Positions 28,278 through 38,590 of a DNA stretch of 64,000 nucleotides are shown piece after piece (within the stretch, counting starts at the first letter, position 1; each line of letters begins with the position of its first letter). A program made the translations under genes and the position numbers. The notes beneath the pieces were generated by a model that saw only the letters and a list, made by a program, of their open reading frames with translations, had not been told where the DNA came from and did no database searches. The DNA lies in contig CALVRA010000001.1 in NCBI GenBank assembly GCA_944358415.1, positions 33,920-97,919 of the forward strand, written 5' to 3'. The DNA is from an uncultured Bacilli bacterium (GTDB taxonomy: Bacteria; Bacillota_I; Bacilli_A; RF39; UBA660).

Positions 28278-29049
28278 TTATTTTATCATAAGATAAGGTT
28301 AGGTTATTAGCTTCGGCTTGTTTTAATATTTCTTTTAGGAAAATACGATTGAACTCAAAGTTTTTCATTGGTTCAACTTCGGCTTCAACACGGTATACGA
28401 TTGAATCATTGTTTAATTTTTCAATACCTAAAATAGTTATTGGTCTTTTTAGGTAAGTTATTTGTTTTGCGGTGTTTTCAATAGCTGTTTTTAAAACTTC
28501 TTCGGTTTTTTCTATTTTATTATCATAAGATAGTCCAACATCAACTACACAAACAGCAGGCATAACACTATAATTAATTACTTCATTAATATTTCTATTG
28601 GCAATAATTTTTACTTCGCCGGTATAGGCTCTGATTTTTGTTATTTTCATACCTAAGTAAATAACATTACCTCTAAAGCCTTTTATTTCAATGTTATCGC
28701 CCACTTTAAATTGGTCTTCAGTTAAAATGTCAGCACCACCAATGAAGTCTTTTAGCATGTCTTGCATAGCTAAACCAGCAACGGCACCAGCAACTCCTAA
28801 TGAGGCGATTAAAGCTTTAGTATCAACCCCCCATGTAGCTAAAATCATTAGTAGGGCAATAGCTAATATGATATATTTAACAACGTTGGTTAGGATTGTT
28901 AATAAAGTTAAGGCTTTTTTATTTGATCTTCTTCTAGCTTTTTTTAGAAATACTTTTGTGATAAGCTGTTTGATTGCAATATAAAAAAGAAAAGCAAATA
29001 GGATTATACATATTGTAGTGATTACTTCTTTGGTTAAAATATTTTCCAT
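28255..29049 (-). CDS. small-conductance mechanosensitive channel (MscS family)
   Basis: 3 TM helices followed by the FKVGDNIEIKGFRGNVIYLGMKITKIR beta-domain motif. Confidence 0.8.
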   Translation of the reverse strand: MENILTKEVITTICIILFAFLFYIAIKQLITKVFLKKARRRSNKKALTLLTILTNVVKYIILAIALLMILATWGVDTKALIASLGVAGAVAGLAMQDMLKDFIGGADILTEDQFKVGDNIEIKGFRGNVIYLGMKITKIRAYTGEVKIIANRNINEVINYSVMPAVCVVDVGLSYDNKIEKTEEVLKTAIENTAKQITYLKRPITILGIEKLNNDSIVYRVEAEVEPMKNFEFNRIFLKEILKQAEANNLTLSYDKINVTNEQL

Positions 29050-29053
29050 TTAA

Positions 29054-29929
29054 TTACTCCTTTATATTTAATATTTCTAGTATTCTATTTAAATCAGCGG
29101 TGTTTGTAAAGGATATTTCTATTTTTTTATCTTTTATTTTGACTTTGGTATCTAGTTTTTCTCTAAGCATATCTTGGACGTATTTGAATTCTTCGTTTTT
29201 TGGTTTTCTATTTGTTTGATGTTTTTTTGGAATGTTTTCGCTTTTTTCTTCAACATCTCTGACAGTTAAGCCTTTTTCAGTAATGGCATTAGCCATTTTT
29301 ACAATTTCTTCTTTGTCTTCTAGTTTACTTAGAGCTCTAGCGTGACCCATGGTAAGTTTTTGAGTAGATATCATATCTTGAACTTCACCAGGAAGTCTAA
29401 GTAGTCCAAGCATATTAGTGATATGGCTTCTACTTTTACTTACTTTTTTAGCTAGTTCTTCTTGGGTTAGATTTAGTTTTTCAATTAAACTTTTATAAGC
29501 TTTTGCTTCTTCTAAGGCGTTTAAGTTTTCTCTTTGTAAGTTTTCGAGTAAAGCTATTTCAGCCATTTTTTCATCACTTATTTGTCTTATGATTGCCGGT
29601 ATTGTTTTTTTGCCGGCTATTTTACTAGCTCTAAGTCTTCTTTCTCCAGCAATAACGTCATAACCTTTGATGCTTTTTTTTACAATAATTGGTTGGAAAA
29701 CACCATTTTCTTTGATTGAAGAAGCAAGTTCGTTTAAAGCATCTTCATCAAATATTGTTCTAGGTTGATATGGGTTTGGTCTTAATTCATCGACGTTTAA
29801 TTCAATTATTTCTTCATGCTTTGTATCTTCATAGATGTTTTTTTCAAATTCACTGACATTATTGACATTTAAGTTATCTAAATCAAATAATTGTTCTAGG
29901 CCTTTACCTAGGGCTCTTCTATTTTCCAT
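29054..29929 (-). CDS. spo0J: chromosome partitioning protein ParB/Spo0J
   Basis: ParB box GERRLRAS, HTH (LTQEELAKKVSKSRSHITNMLGLLRL). Downstream of parA. Confidence 0.9.
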   Translation of the reverse strand: MENRRALGKGLEQLFDLDNLNVNNVSEFEKNIYEDTKHEEIIELNVDELRPNPYQPRTIFDEDALNELASSIKENGVFQPIIVKKSIKGYDVIAGERRLRASKIAGKKTIPAIIRQISDEKMAEIALLENLQRENLNALEEAKAYKSLIEKLNLTQEELAKKVSKSRSHITNMLGLLRLPGEVQDMISTQKLTMGHARALSKLEDKEEIVKMANAITEKGLTVRDVEEKSENIPKKHQTNRKPKNEEFKYVQDMLREKLDTKVKIKDKKIEISFTNTADLNRILEILNIKE

Positions 29930-30704
29930 TTCTTTTAATCACCTCTTTAGCTAAGTTTATATAGGCTTCAGCTCCTCGACTTTTAGGGTCATAGTTAATT
30001 ATTGGTTTACCATGACTTGGGGCTTCAGATAGTCTAACTAATCTTGGAATGATTGTATCATATACTCTTTCTTTGAAATAACTTTTAATATCTTGAACGA
30101 CTTCTAAGCCTAGATTAGTTCTATTGTCTAACATGGTTAACAATACTCCTTCAATATCTAAGTCAGGGTTTAATGTTTTTTGAGCCAGCATGATTGAGTT
30201 TAATAATTGCATAATCCCTTCTAAGGCGAAGAATTCACACTGAACTGGGATAATTACTGAGTTTGCGGCTGTAAGTGCATTGGTTGTAAGTAAACCTAAA
30301 GAAGGGGGACAGTCGATTATTATATAGTCAAATATTTCTTTTGCACTTTCTAAATTATTTTTTAATTGTTTATTTTTTGAAAATTCAGGGTCTAATCTAC
30401 TTTTTTCAGCTAGTTCTAAGTCAGCTCCAGCTAGTGAGATAGTTGCTGGAATAATATATAGATTTTTGAATTTTGTTTTTTTAATGACTTCTTTTAAGTT
30501 TGCATTTCCAACTAGTAAGTCATATATACTTTTTTTTATATCACCTTTGTCAATTCCTAGGCCTGTTGTACTATTTCCTTGTGGGTCTAAATCTATTAAT
30601 AAAGAACGTTTGCCTAGATAACCTAGGCATGCGGCTAAATTAATACTAGATGTTGTTTTTCCGACTCCACCTTTTTGATTGACAAGTGCAATTATTTTTC
30701 CCAT
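29919..30704 (-). CDS. soj: chromosome partitioning ATPase ParA/Soj
   Basis: Deviant Walker A NQKGGVGKTT. 261 aa. Overlaps the parB start. Confidence 0.9.
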   Translation of the reverse strand: MGKIIALVNQKGGVGKTTSSINLAACLGYLGKRSLLIDLDPQGNSTTGLGIDKGDIKKSIYDLLVGNANLKEVIKKTKFKNLYIIPATISLAGADLELAEKSRLDPEFSKNKQLKNNLESAKEIFDYIIIDCPPSLGLLTTNALTAANSVIIPVQCEFFALEGIMQLLNSIMLAQKTLNPDLDIEGVLLTMLDNRTNLGLEVVQDIKSYFKERVYDTIIPRLVRLSEAPSHGKPIINYDPKSRGAEAYINLAKEVIKRNGK

Positions 30705-30803
30705 TTATACCACCAGATTCCATATTTATAGCTATAACCATTTTAACACATTGGGTGAAATAAATCTATGGTAAATGATTATATATTTTAAAAACGCCTT
30801 ATT

Positions 30804-31139
30804 TTATTTGGCGTTTTCTTTGATAATATTTTTCATTTTATCATACTGTTTATATAAATATTGTACATGATTTTCTAAAAAGAAATAATGTCTAACGTAA
30901 AAAAGTAATATAATTAAAGCGAGATATAGAATTATTAAGAAAAGATTTATTTTTAAAGATATTATTACTGACATGAAAACAAATATTCCGTAGGCAAGGG
31001 TTACTAAAAGATGAATTAGTCGTTCGTGCTGGAAAAATTTTATTTTTATTAAATGGTTATCAATATCTTTTTGAGTTATTTTTTTTGATTTTATTAAAGT
31101 ATCAATTTCTTTTGTATAGTTTTCTAAATATTTACGCAT
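30804..31139 (-). CDS. hypothetical membrane protein
   Basis: 111 aa with two central TM helices. No recognisable motifs. Confidence 0.4.
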   Translation of the reverse strand: MRKYLENYTKEIDTLIKSKKITQKDIDNHLIKIKFFQHERLIHLLVTLAYGIFVFMSVIISLKINLFLIILYLALIILLFYVRHYFFLENHVQYLYKQYDKMKNIIKENAK

Positions 31140-31179
31140 TTTATCATTCCTTTTTTTTAGTATATCATAAATAGTTGAA

Positions 31180-31701
31180 ATGGGGTATAATTATAGTAAG
31201 GAGATGATAAAAATGGAATTATTTGACACAATTAATAGTCGGTTTTCTAATAGGAAATTTTTAGACAAACAAATTAAAGATGAAGATTTAAAGAAGATTT
31301 TAAAAGCTGGTATGCAGGCACCTATTGGAAGAGGTAAGTATGATGATATGCATATTACGGTTATTCAAAATAAGGATTTGTTAAACAAAATTGGCACTCT
31401 TATTGATAGAAATGTATTTTATAATGCACCCACTTTAGTTATTATTTCAGCTAAGGATGATGGTCATGGTTTAGATAAAGAAAATAGTGCCTGTGTGGCG
31501 ATGAATATGTTACTTGCAGCAACAGCTTTAGGGCTTGGAAATATTTATTTGAATTTAGTTATTGGTTTGATTAAAGAAAATAAAGATGTTTTAGATAAAT
31601 TAAATTTACCTGAAGGGTTTATTCCTATTGTTGGGGTTGGACTTGGTTATGCGGATGGAAGTCATATTGTAGAGCATTCAATTGATGTTGATTATGTTTA
31701 A
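31180..31701 (+). CDS. nitroreductase-family protein
   Basis: RFSNRKF motif and overall nitroreductase pattern. About 170 aa. Confidence 0.7.
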   Translation: MGYNYSKEMIKMELFDTINSRFSNRKFLDKQIKDEDLKKILKAGMQAPIGRGKYDDMHITVIQNKDLLNKIGTLIDRNVFYNAPTLVIISAKDDGHGLDKENSACVAMNMLLAATALGLGNIYLNLVIGLIKENKDVLDKLNLPEGFIPIVGVGLGYADGSHIVEHSIDVDYV

Positions 31702-31732
31702 AAAACCAAGAAGAATTTAATTCTTGGTTTTT
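31701..31732. terminator. bidirectional terminator between convergent genes
   Basis: 12-bp stem AAAAACCAAGAA/TTCTTGGTTTTT with an 8-nt loop. A- and T-runs on either side. Confidence 0.6.
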
Positions 31733-33141
31733 AATATATCTCTTGCAGCAACTAAACCAGTAGCTGCGGCTGTGACAATATTTCCAGCTTTACCAGCGCC
31801 ATCACCTATGAAATAGACATCATATTTTTTTAATTTGAAGTGATTATCTGTTTCGATTTCATTACTGAAAAATTTAATTTCTGGTCCGTATAATAATGTT
31901 TCACCATTATTGACTCCAGGAATTATTTCATTTAGTTTATCTAATCCTTCAATGATATTGGTGACTATTCTATAAGGTAAAACTAAGGCAAGGTCTCCAG
32001 CTACACAATCTTTTAGAGTAGGGGTTATAAAGCCTTTGTTTATTCTATTCCAATCACTTCTTCTTCCTTGTTTTAAATCTTTTAGGGTTTGAATGATTGG
32101 TTTTCCATCACCTAATACATTAGCAATATGGGCAATGCTTTCACCATATTCTCTTGTGTTTGTGACAGGTTCTGTTAGATTTACTTTTGAGATAAAGGCA
32201 AAGTTACTATTGTTTGATTTTACATCTTTTAGGGCATGGCCGTTGACGCATATATATCCATAGTAATTTTCTTTAGCTACAAAGCCACCTGGGTTGGTAC
32301 AGAAGGTTCTGATTTCATCATTATAAGTATCTGTTTTAATAAATATTGTTGGGTCATATATGATATTACAAAGTTTTTCTAATATTTCTTTTCTAACTTC
32401 AACTCTGACACCAATTTCAATACTTTGTGATAGATATGGAATTTTATATTTATCAGCTAAGGTTTGAACCCATTTAGCTCCGGTTCTACCTGGAGCGATG
32501 ACAACCTTTTTGGCTTTATAGATTATTTGTTTATTTTTTGTATTACATATTACTTCATGATTATCTTTTGATATACTTTTGACATCTTCAACTTTTGTTT
32601 GATCTAATAAATGAACATTTGATTTTTTTAAATATTCTGTGAATTTTTCGATATAGCTTGGTAATTTATCACTACCTAAGTGTTTTTGTTTTATTAAAAG
32701 CAATCTAGCTCCGGCTAGGGCAACTTTACTTTTTATTTGTGTGGCTTCTTCTAGGTTAGAAGGGTATATATCACTATCCATGCCAAACTCTTTAAATATT
32801 TCTTCACAGTCATCAATTAGTTTATTTGCTTCATTTTCATCCATATATTTAAATAAGTCGCTTTTACCAAGTTTTGGAATAAAGTTTAATTTACCATCAG
32901 AAAAGGTTCCGGCTCCACCATAGCCAGATAAAATTTGACAAGGTTTACAATTTACGCATTTTCCTGTTTTTTTCATAGGACAGTTTCTTTTATCAGCAAA
33001 TCTTCCTTCATCTAAAAGTAAAATATTTAATTTTGGGTTATTTTTTATTAATTCATAGGCTGTAAATAAACCAGCAGGTCCTGCACCTATTATTATTACA
33101 TCATACATTTTTATCACCAGTATTATTTTATCAAAAAACAA
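31717..33141 (-). CDS. NAD(P)/FAD-dependent oxidoreductase (COG2509-like)
   Basis: YDVIIIGAGPAGL dinucleotide-binding motif and C-terminal GDGAG motif. 474 aa. Confidence 0.75.
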   Translation of the reverse strand: MFFDKIILVIKMYDVIIIGAGPAGLFTAYELIKNNPKLNILLLDEGRFADKRNCPMKKTGKCVNCKPCQILSGYGGAGTFSDGKLNFIPKLGKSDLFKYMDENEANKLIDDCEEIFKEFGMDSDIYPSNLEEATQIKSKVALAGARLLLIKQKHLGSDKLPSYIEKFTEYLKKSNVHLLDQTKVEDVKSISKDNHEVICNTKNKQIIYKAKKVVIAPGRTGAKWVQTLADKYKIPYLSQSIEIGVRVEVRKEILEKLCNIIYDPTIFIKTDTYNDEIRTFCTNPGGFVAKENYYGYICVNGHALKDVKSNNSNFAFISKVNLTEPVTNTREYGESIAHIANVLGDGKPIIQTLKDLKQGRRSDWNRINKGFITPTLKDCVAGDLALVLPYRIVTNIIEGLDKLNEIIPGVNNGETLLYGPEIKFFSNEIETDNHFKLKKYDVYFIGDGAGKAGNIVTAAATGLVAARDILKTKN

Positions 33142-33143
33142 GA

Positions 33144-35174
33144 CTATTTGTCTTGCTTTTCTTTTAATTTATTAAGGATTTCTTTTTTATTTAATTTATA
33201 GTAATCCTTGATGCCTTCTTCTTTAGCTATTTCTTTTAAGTCTTCTAATGATAAATCGTCTAACTTAGCTACTTTGATATCTTCTTTTTTATCTTTTTCT
33301 ACTTCTTTTTCAAATTCTTCATGAGCTTTGATATCATCTTCTGGCATTTTGCCATTTTTTACTAAATAGTCGATTTGTTCTTTAGTGATTGTTTCATATT
33401 CTAATAGAGTTTCAGCTATTAGTGTTAATAAGTCTTTATTTTCACTAACGATTTTTTTAGTTACTTCATATTGAGTTGTAATGATTTTTCTAACTTCTTC
33501 ATCTATTTGTTTGGCAACTTCATGTGAGAAGTTTTGAGCTTTATTATAATCTCTACCTAAGAAGACACTTGACTGTTGTTCTTCAAATTGGATAGGTCCT
33601 AGATCACTCATTCCATATTCAGTGACCATGGCTCTAGCAATTTTAGTAGCTTGTTCAAAGTCATTTTGAGCGCCTGTTGTTACTTCGTTAAACATTAATT
33701 CTTCGGCAACTCTTCCAGCTAAGAAACCACTAATTGAATCTAAAAGTTCTTTTTTAGTTCTTAGATATGTTTCTTCTTTTGGAAGCATTAAGTTATAACC
33801 GCCAGCTCTTCCTCTTGGAATGATAGTTATTTTTTGAACATCATTAGCGCCATCTAATTTGATTCCAACAACGGCATGACCTGCTTCATGGTAAGCGACT
33901 GTGCGTTTTTCTTTATCAGTATATTTATGACTTTTTTTAGCTGGGCCCATTAATACTCTATCATGAGCTTCATCTATTTCAGCCATTGTTATAGCATTTT
34001 TGTTTCTTCTTACAGCAAGTAAAGCAGCTTCATTAAGTAAGTTTTCCAAATCTGCACCACTAAATCCAACTGTTCTTTTAGCAATGTTAGTTAATGTGAT
34101 ATTTGGGGCAAAAGTTTTACCTTTGGCATGAACTGCTAAAATTTCTTCTCTTCCTTTGGCATCTGGATAATTAACTGTTACTTGTCTATCAAATCTTCCT
34201 GGTCTTAAAAGAGCAGGGTCTAAGACATCTGGACGGTTTGTAGCAGCTATGATAATAATTCCTTCGTTAGCTCCAAAGCCATCCATTTCAGTTAATAATT
34301 GATTTAATGTTTGTTCTCTTTCGTCATGTCCACCACCTAGGCCAGCACCTCTTTGACGACCAACGGCATCTATTTCATCGATGAATACTAGACATGGGGC
34401 ACTTTGTTTGGCTTGTTTGAACATATCTCTTACTCTTGATGCTCCAACACCGACGAATAATTCGACAAACTCTGATCCACTTATGAAATAAAATGGAACG
34501 TTTGCTTCTCCAGCAACGGCTTTTGCTAGTAAGGTTTTACCTGTTCCCGGAGGACCAACTAATAGGACTCCTTTAGGAATTCTAGCGCCCATTTTTTGGA
34601 ATTTTTTTGGATTTTTTAAGAAGTCAATTAGTTCTGACATTTCTTCTTTTTCTTCTTCTAATCCAGCAACATCTTTGAAGGTTACTTTAGTTTCTCCACC
34701 ACTTAATCTAGCTTTTGAGCGACCAAAGTCCATTGATTTTCCGCCACTACCCATTTGTTTGGTGATGAAGTAAAAGGCAGCTCCAACAATTATTAACATT
34801 GGTAAGACATTGATTAAGAATAATAAGAATGGAGAAGAGCTTGGGTCTGTTGATGTTGTTAGTTTAAAACCGGCTTTTTCTTCTGCATCTAATAGTTTAA
34901 CCATTGTCTCATTAGTTAATGGCATATTGAAAGTGAATGTCTCGTTATCCGCATAGTCTTTTAGTTTACCTCTAATATTATAAACTGTACTTTGACTATT
35001 TGGGGTAACATTTATTTCTTTAACTTCTTTTTCTTCTACAGCTTCCATAAATTCGCCATAGGTAAGTTCGTTAACTTTTGTATTCATTGAACCAACTAAA
35101 GCGTACATACAGAATAAGAAAACTGCAAGAAATATATAAGGGAGTAATCCTCTTTTAACTACTTTTTTATTCAT
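33144..35174 (-). CDS. ftsH: ATP-dependent zinc metalloprotease FtsH
   Basis: Two TM helices, Walker [17 protein letters not shown] zinc motif. Confidence 0.95.
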   Translation of the reverse strand: MNKKVVKRGLLPYIFLAVFLFCMYALVGSMNTKVNELTYGEFMEAVEEKEVKEINVTPNSQSTVYNIRGKLKDYADNETFTFNMPLTNETMVKLLDAEEKAGFKLTTSTDPSSSPFLLFLINVLPMLIIVGAAFYFITKQMGSGGKSMDFGRSKARLSGGETKVTFKDVAGLEEEKEEMSELIDFLKNPKKFQKMGARIPKGVLLVGPPGTGKTLLAKAVAGEANVPFYFISGSEFVELFVGVGASRVRDMFKQAKQSAPCLVFIDEIDAVGRQRGAGLGGGHDEREQTLNQLLTEMDGFGANEGIIIIAATNRPDVLDPALLRPGRFDRQVTVNYPDAKGREEILAVHAKGKTFAPNITLTNIAKRTVGFSGADLENLLNEAALLAVRRNKNAITMAEIDEAHDRVLMGPAKKSHKYTDKEKRTVAYHEAGHAVVGIKLDGANDVQKITIIPRGRAGGYNLMLPKEETYLRTKKELLDSISGFLAGRVAEELMFNEVTTGAQNDFEQATKIARAMVTEYGMSDLGPIQFEEQQSSVFLGRDYNKAQNFSHEVAKQIDEEVRKIITTQYEVTKKIVSENKDLLTLIAETLLEYETITKEQIDYLVKNGKMPEDDIKAHEEFEKEVEKDKKEDIKVAKLDDLSLEDLKEIAKEEGIKDYYKLNKKEILNKLKEKQDK

Positions 35175-36502
35175 TATAAACTTCCTTTCTTTCGATACCT
35201 AATTATTATATCATAGTTTTTATCTTTTTCTCTATCAAATTTAGTTTTTTTTAGGCCTGGAAGCCAAATTATTTGATTATTATTATCGGTAAGAATAGGG
35301 TATGATTTTCTTTGGTCTATAGGAATTTTTTCATTTATGAAAATATCTTTGATTTTTTTTGTTTGATTTGTTCCTTTTAATATTAATTTATCACCTTTTT
35401 GTTTGGTTCTTATATGAAGAGGTAAAGTTATATCTTTAGAGTTTATTTTAGTGACGAAGTTTGAGTTATCTTCAGTATTATCTATAATTTCAATTACATC
35501 TTTATTTGGAAGATTTATTTTATCTTTTAAAATATAATCATATTTTGGGTTTTCTTTCTTTTTTTCTATCCAAGCATAATTATAGGCTTTTATAAATTCC
35601 ATGTTATTTGGAAGATTTAGTTTTTTGTTTGGTTTTTTATTTTTTATGGTGGATAAAATGTTGTTAACATGAGTGTTTGTTATTTTTGTAATATCTTCTT
35701 TATAGGTTTTGATTAAAATGCTGTGGATAATTTTTTCTTTAATTATTGGCTTTTCTTTTAAGAAAAGGTTAATGTTTAGTTTATTATTCCAAAAAATTTT
35801 ATCTATTTTTTTATTTATTTCATCGTTTAAGTAGTCATCTATTTCGGCTAGTTTTTGACTAAATTTTAAAAATTTTAAGTGAACATTTTTGTTTTCTTTT
35901 TTTAAGCTTGGTAGGATATATTTCCTTATACGATTTCTTGTGAACTTATCACTATTATTTGTTTTATCCAAGGCATAAGGAATATCATTTTTTTGGACAT
36001 AGTCAAATATTTCTTCTTTGGTTTTAGTAATTAATGGTCTATATATTTTATAATTTTCTTTATATGTTATTTCACTAAATCCTGCATAGCCTTTTATAGA
36101 TGAGCCTCTAATTAAACGCATGATGATTGTTTCGGTTAAATCATCACCATGATGGGCAGTTAAGAGATATTTTGCTTGGTGTTTTTTGATTAGATTTTCA
36201 AAGAATTCATAGCGTTTTTTTCTAGCGTAATTTTCAGTATTACCCCTATAATTATTAATTCCCATGTATTCAAAGATTAAGTTATTTTTTTTACAATAAT
36301 TTTTTACCATTATAGCCTCTTTATCACTTTTTTTTCTTAGGTTATGATTAACATGGGCAGAGATGATGTTTAAATGTTTTTCTTTTTTGATTTGATTTAA
36401 AAGACTTAGCAAAGCCATAGAATCTGGGCCACCAGATGTAGCTACTATGATAGATGTGTTATTAGGAATTTCAGTTTTTAATTTATTTAAAATATCATTC
36501 AT
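35174..36502 (-). CDS. tilS: tRNA(Ile)-lysidine synthase
   Basis: PP-loop SGGPDS. Position upstream of ftsH. Confidence 0.85.
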   Translation of the reverse strand: MNDILNKLKTEIPNNTSIIVATSGGPDSMALLSLLNQIKKEKHLNIISAHVNHNLRKKSDKEAIMVKNYCKKNNLIFEYMGINNYRGNTENYARKKRYEFFENLIKKHQAKYLLTAHHGDDLTETIIMRLIRGSSIKGYAGFSEITYKENYKIYRPLITKTKEEIFDYVQKNDIPYALDKTNNSDKFTRNRIRKYILPSLKKENKNVHLKFLKFSQKLAEIDDYLNDEINKKIDKIFWNNKLNINLFLKEKPIIKEKIIHSILIKTYKEDITKITNTHVNNILSTIKNKKPNKKLNLPNNMEFIKAYNYAWIEKKKENPKYDYILKDKINLPNKDVIEIIDNTEDNSNFVTKINSKDITLPLHIRTKQKGDKLILKGTNQTKKIKDIFINEKIPIDQRKSYPILTDNNNQIIWLPGLKKTKFDREKDKNYDIIIRYRKKGSL

Positions 36503-37160
36503 CTATATCACCCCATTTAATTGGTGTGATACCTTTTGATACTAAAAAATTATTTGTTTTAGAAAATGGTTTACTTCCAAAGAAACCTCTATGAGCAGAT
36601 AGGGGAGAAGGGTGAGGGCTTTCTATAATATAGTGGTTAGGATTAGTTATTAGAACTTTTTTACTTCTAGCATAGCTTCCCCATAAAATAAATACTATTG
36701 GTTTTTCTCTTTTGTTTAAAAGTTTGATTAGGTTATCAGTGAAAGTTTCCCAACCTTTATCTTTATGAGAAAGTGGGGTGTCTTTAACAACTGTCATGAT
36801 TGAGTTTAATAAAAATACTCCTTGTTTAGCCCAATCAGTTAAGTTATTATTAGTTCTAGTAATGCCTAGATCGTTTTTTAATTCTTTAAATATATTATCA
36901 AGTGATGGTGGTCTTTTAACACCTTTTTCGACTGAGAAAGAAAGTCCATGAGCTTCGTGTGGTCCATGATATGGATCTTGACCTAAAATAACTACTTTTA
37001 CTTCATCATAATCTGTGAATCTTAAGGCATTAAAAATATTTTTATATTCTGGATAAACTATCTTTTTTCCATATTCATTTTTTACAAAGATTCCGAGTTT
37101 TTTAAAGTAAGGTTTTTTTAATTCGTCTTTTAAAACTTCATCCCATTTTTTATTAATCAT
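36495..37160 (-). CDS. ung: uracil-DNA glycosylase
   Basis: GQDPYH water-activating loop and HPSPLS motif. Start set at the ATG with an AGAGGTG RBS (the track ORF starts 11 codons upstream). Confidence 0.9.
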   Translation of the reverse strand: MINKKWDEVLKDELKKPYFKKLGIFVKNEYGKKIVYPEYKNIFNALRFTDYDEVKVVILGQDPYHGPHEAHGLSFSVEKGVKRPPSLDNIFKELKNDLGITRTNNNLTDWAKQGVFLLNSIMTVVKDTPLSHKDKGWETFTDNLIKLLNKREKPIVFILWGSYARSKKVLITNPNHYIIESPHPSPLSAHRGFFGSKPFSKTNNFLVSKGITPIKWGDIDE

Positions 37161-37234
37161 GAAAAACACCTCTTTCGAGGTATATTGTAACATTTTTTGT
37201 TTTAAATTTAAAGGAAATTATAGCCAATGTTTTA

Positions 37235-38080
37235 CTAATTTAAATTATTAGCTATTTCAGCAAATATTTCTATTGAAAGGGCTTCAGCTCTGACAGATAA
37301 ATCTAGGTTATGTTTTTTTAATACTTCTTCTATTTTTTCTAGGTTATAGTTTTTTAAATTATTTTTTAAGGTTTTTCTTTTTTGTTTAAATGAATCTCTT
37401 ACTAGTTTAAAGAAAATTTGTTCATTTTCAACTTTTATTTTGTTTTCTTTTTTAGTAAATGAAACTACTATACTATCGACATTGGGTTTTGGAATGAAAA
37501 CATTTTTACTAACATCTAATATTTTTTCCACAGTATAGTAATAGTTTAAAAATATAGATAGAGAATTATATTCTTTAGTATTTGGTTTGGCTTTAAATCT
37601 ATCTCCAACTTCTTTTTGAACCATGACAACTATTTTATCAATGTTTATCTTATCTTCTATTAGTTTAATTATTATTGGAGTTGTAATATAATATGGAAGA
37701 TTGGCAACAACGTAAGTATATTTAAAATTATATTTTTTTAAATCTTCTAAAATATTTCTTTTTAAGAAATCTTCATAAATTATAGTTGTATTATTTAGGC
37801 TTTGTTTTTCTAATATAGGTTTTAAGCTTTTATCTATTTCATAGGCAATGACATGACCTGAAACTTTATCTAGTTCGGTTGTTAATGATCCAGCACCAGG
37901 ACCTATTTCAATTACTAGAGTATCTTTATTAATGTTTGCTTTATTTATTATACTTTTGATAATGTTTTTATCCACAATAAAATTTTGACCAAATTTCTTT
38001 TTAAAGTTAAAGTTTTCTTTATTAAGTTTTTCTTTTAGATTTTTAGGAGAATATTCCATGTGCATTACCTCCAAATTCAT
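37235..38080 (-). CDS. rsmA: 16S rRNA (adenine1518/1519-N6)-dimethyltransferase RsmA/KsgA
   Basis: KKKFGQNFI, EIGPGAGSLT and NLPYYITTPI motifs. Confidence 0.9.
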   Translation of the reverse strand: MNLEVMHMEYSPKNLKEKLNKENFNFKKKFGQNFIVDKNIIKSIINKANINKDTLVIEIGPGAGSLTTELDKVSGHVIAYEIDKSLKPILEKQSLNNTTIIYEDFLKRNILEDLKKYNFKYTYVVANLPYYITTPIIIKLIEDKINIDKIVVMVQKEVGDRFKAKPNTKEYNSLSIFLNYYYTVEKILDVSKNVFIPKPNVDSIVVSFTKKENKIKVENEQIFFKLVRDSFKQKRKTLKNNLKNYNLEKIEEVLKKHNLDLSVRAEALSIEIFAEIANNLN

Positions 38081-38120
38081 TATACCAAGAAAAATTATAG
38101 TATTCTAGTATATTTTGGAT

Positions 38121-38149
38121 TTGCATATTTCTTTATTAAATGTTATAAT
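38121..38149 (+). promoter_or_regulatory. candidate sigma-A promoter (TTGCAT-17-TATAAT)
   Basis: Near-consensus -35/-10 with a 17-nt spacer. Would drive a transcript of about 140 nt ending at the terminator at 38264-38299. Confidence 0.4.
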
Positions 38150-38263
38150 TTATGTGTAGGAGAAAATTTATAATGTATTATTTGTAAATTTTTTCATAAA
38201 ATAATAAAGAGATACACCAATGCGTTTATTAGGTGTTAATCTCTGTCCAATGTATTGGCTTTG

Positions 38264-38299
38264 AAAAACACCGTATCATTGTTGATTCGGTGTTTTTCT
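38264..38299. terminator. bidirectional rho-independent terminator
   Basis: 8-bp stem AAACACCG/CGGTGTTT, with an A-run upstream and a T-run downstream. Confidence 0.6.
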
Positions 38300-38300
38300 T

Positions 38301-38363
38301 TTAGTTCTTTGATTTTAAAGCTACAATGATAAATAGAACTAGTGTCAAATACAATATTTCCAT
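38301..38363 (-). CDS. candidate 20-aa hydrophobic peptide (MEILYLTLVLFIIVALKSKN)
   Basis: Not in the ORF track because it is too short. A weak GAAAGG lies upstream. Ends at the bidirectional terminator. A near-consensus promoter lies about 105 nt upstream. Confidence 0.3.
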   Translation of the reverse strand: MEILYLTLVLFIIVALKSKN

Positions 38364-38467
38364 TATATTGCCTTTCTTTTCATATCACTGAACATCACCT
38401 CCGTCCTTTATAACACTTATAATGAACAGAGATTTGAAAAACACCTAACTTGGCATATCTCTATTTA

Positions 38468-38496
38468 ATTATAACATTTAGTGATGTTCTTTTCAA
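38468..38496 (-). promoter_or_regulatory. candidate sigma-A promoter (TTGAAA-17-TATAAT) on the minus strand
   Basis: Reverse complement reads TTGAAA, N17, TATAAT. Points toward the 20-aa ORF. Confidence 0.4.
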
Positions 38497-38590
38497 TTTA
38501 TTTTATGCCTTATTTTCTTAAATTTGATTGGTAAAAGTATGTACTAAATCAAAATAGTAGAATCTTTATTTTAATACATTTTTGAAATAG

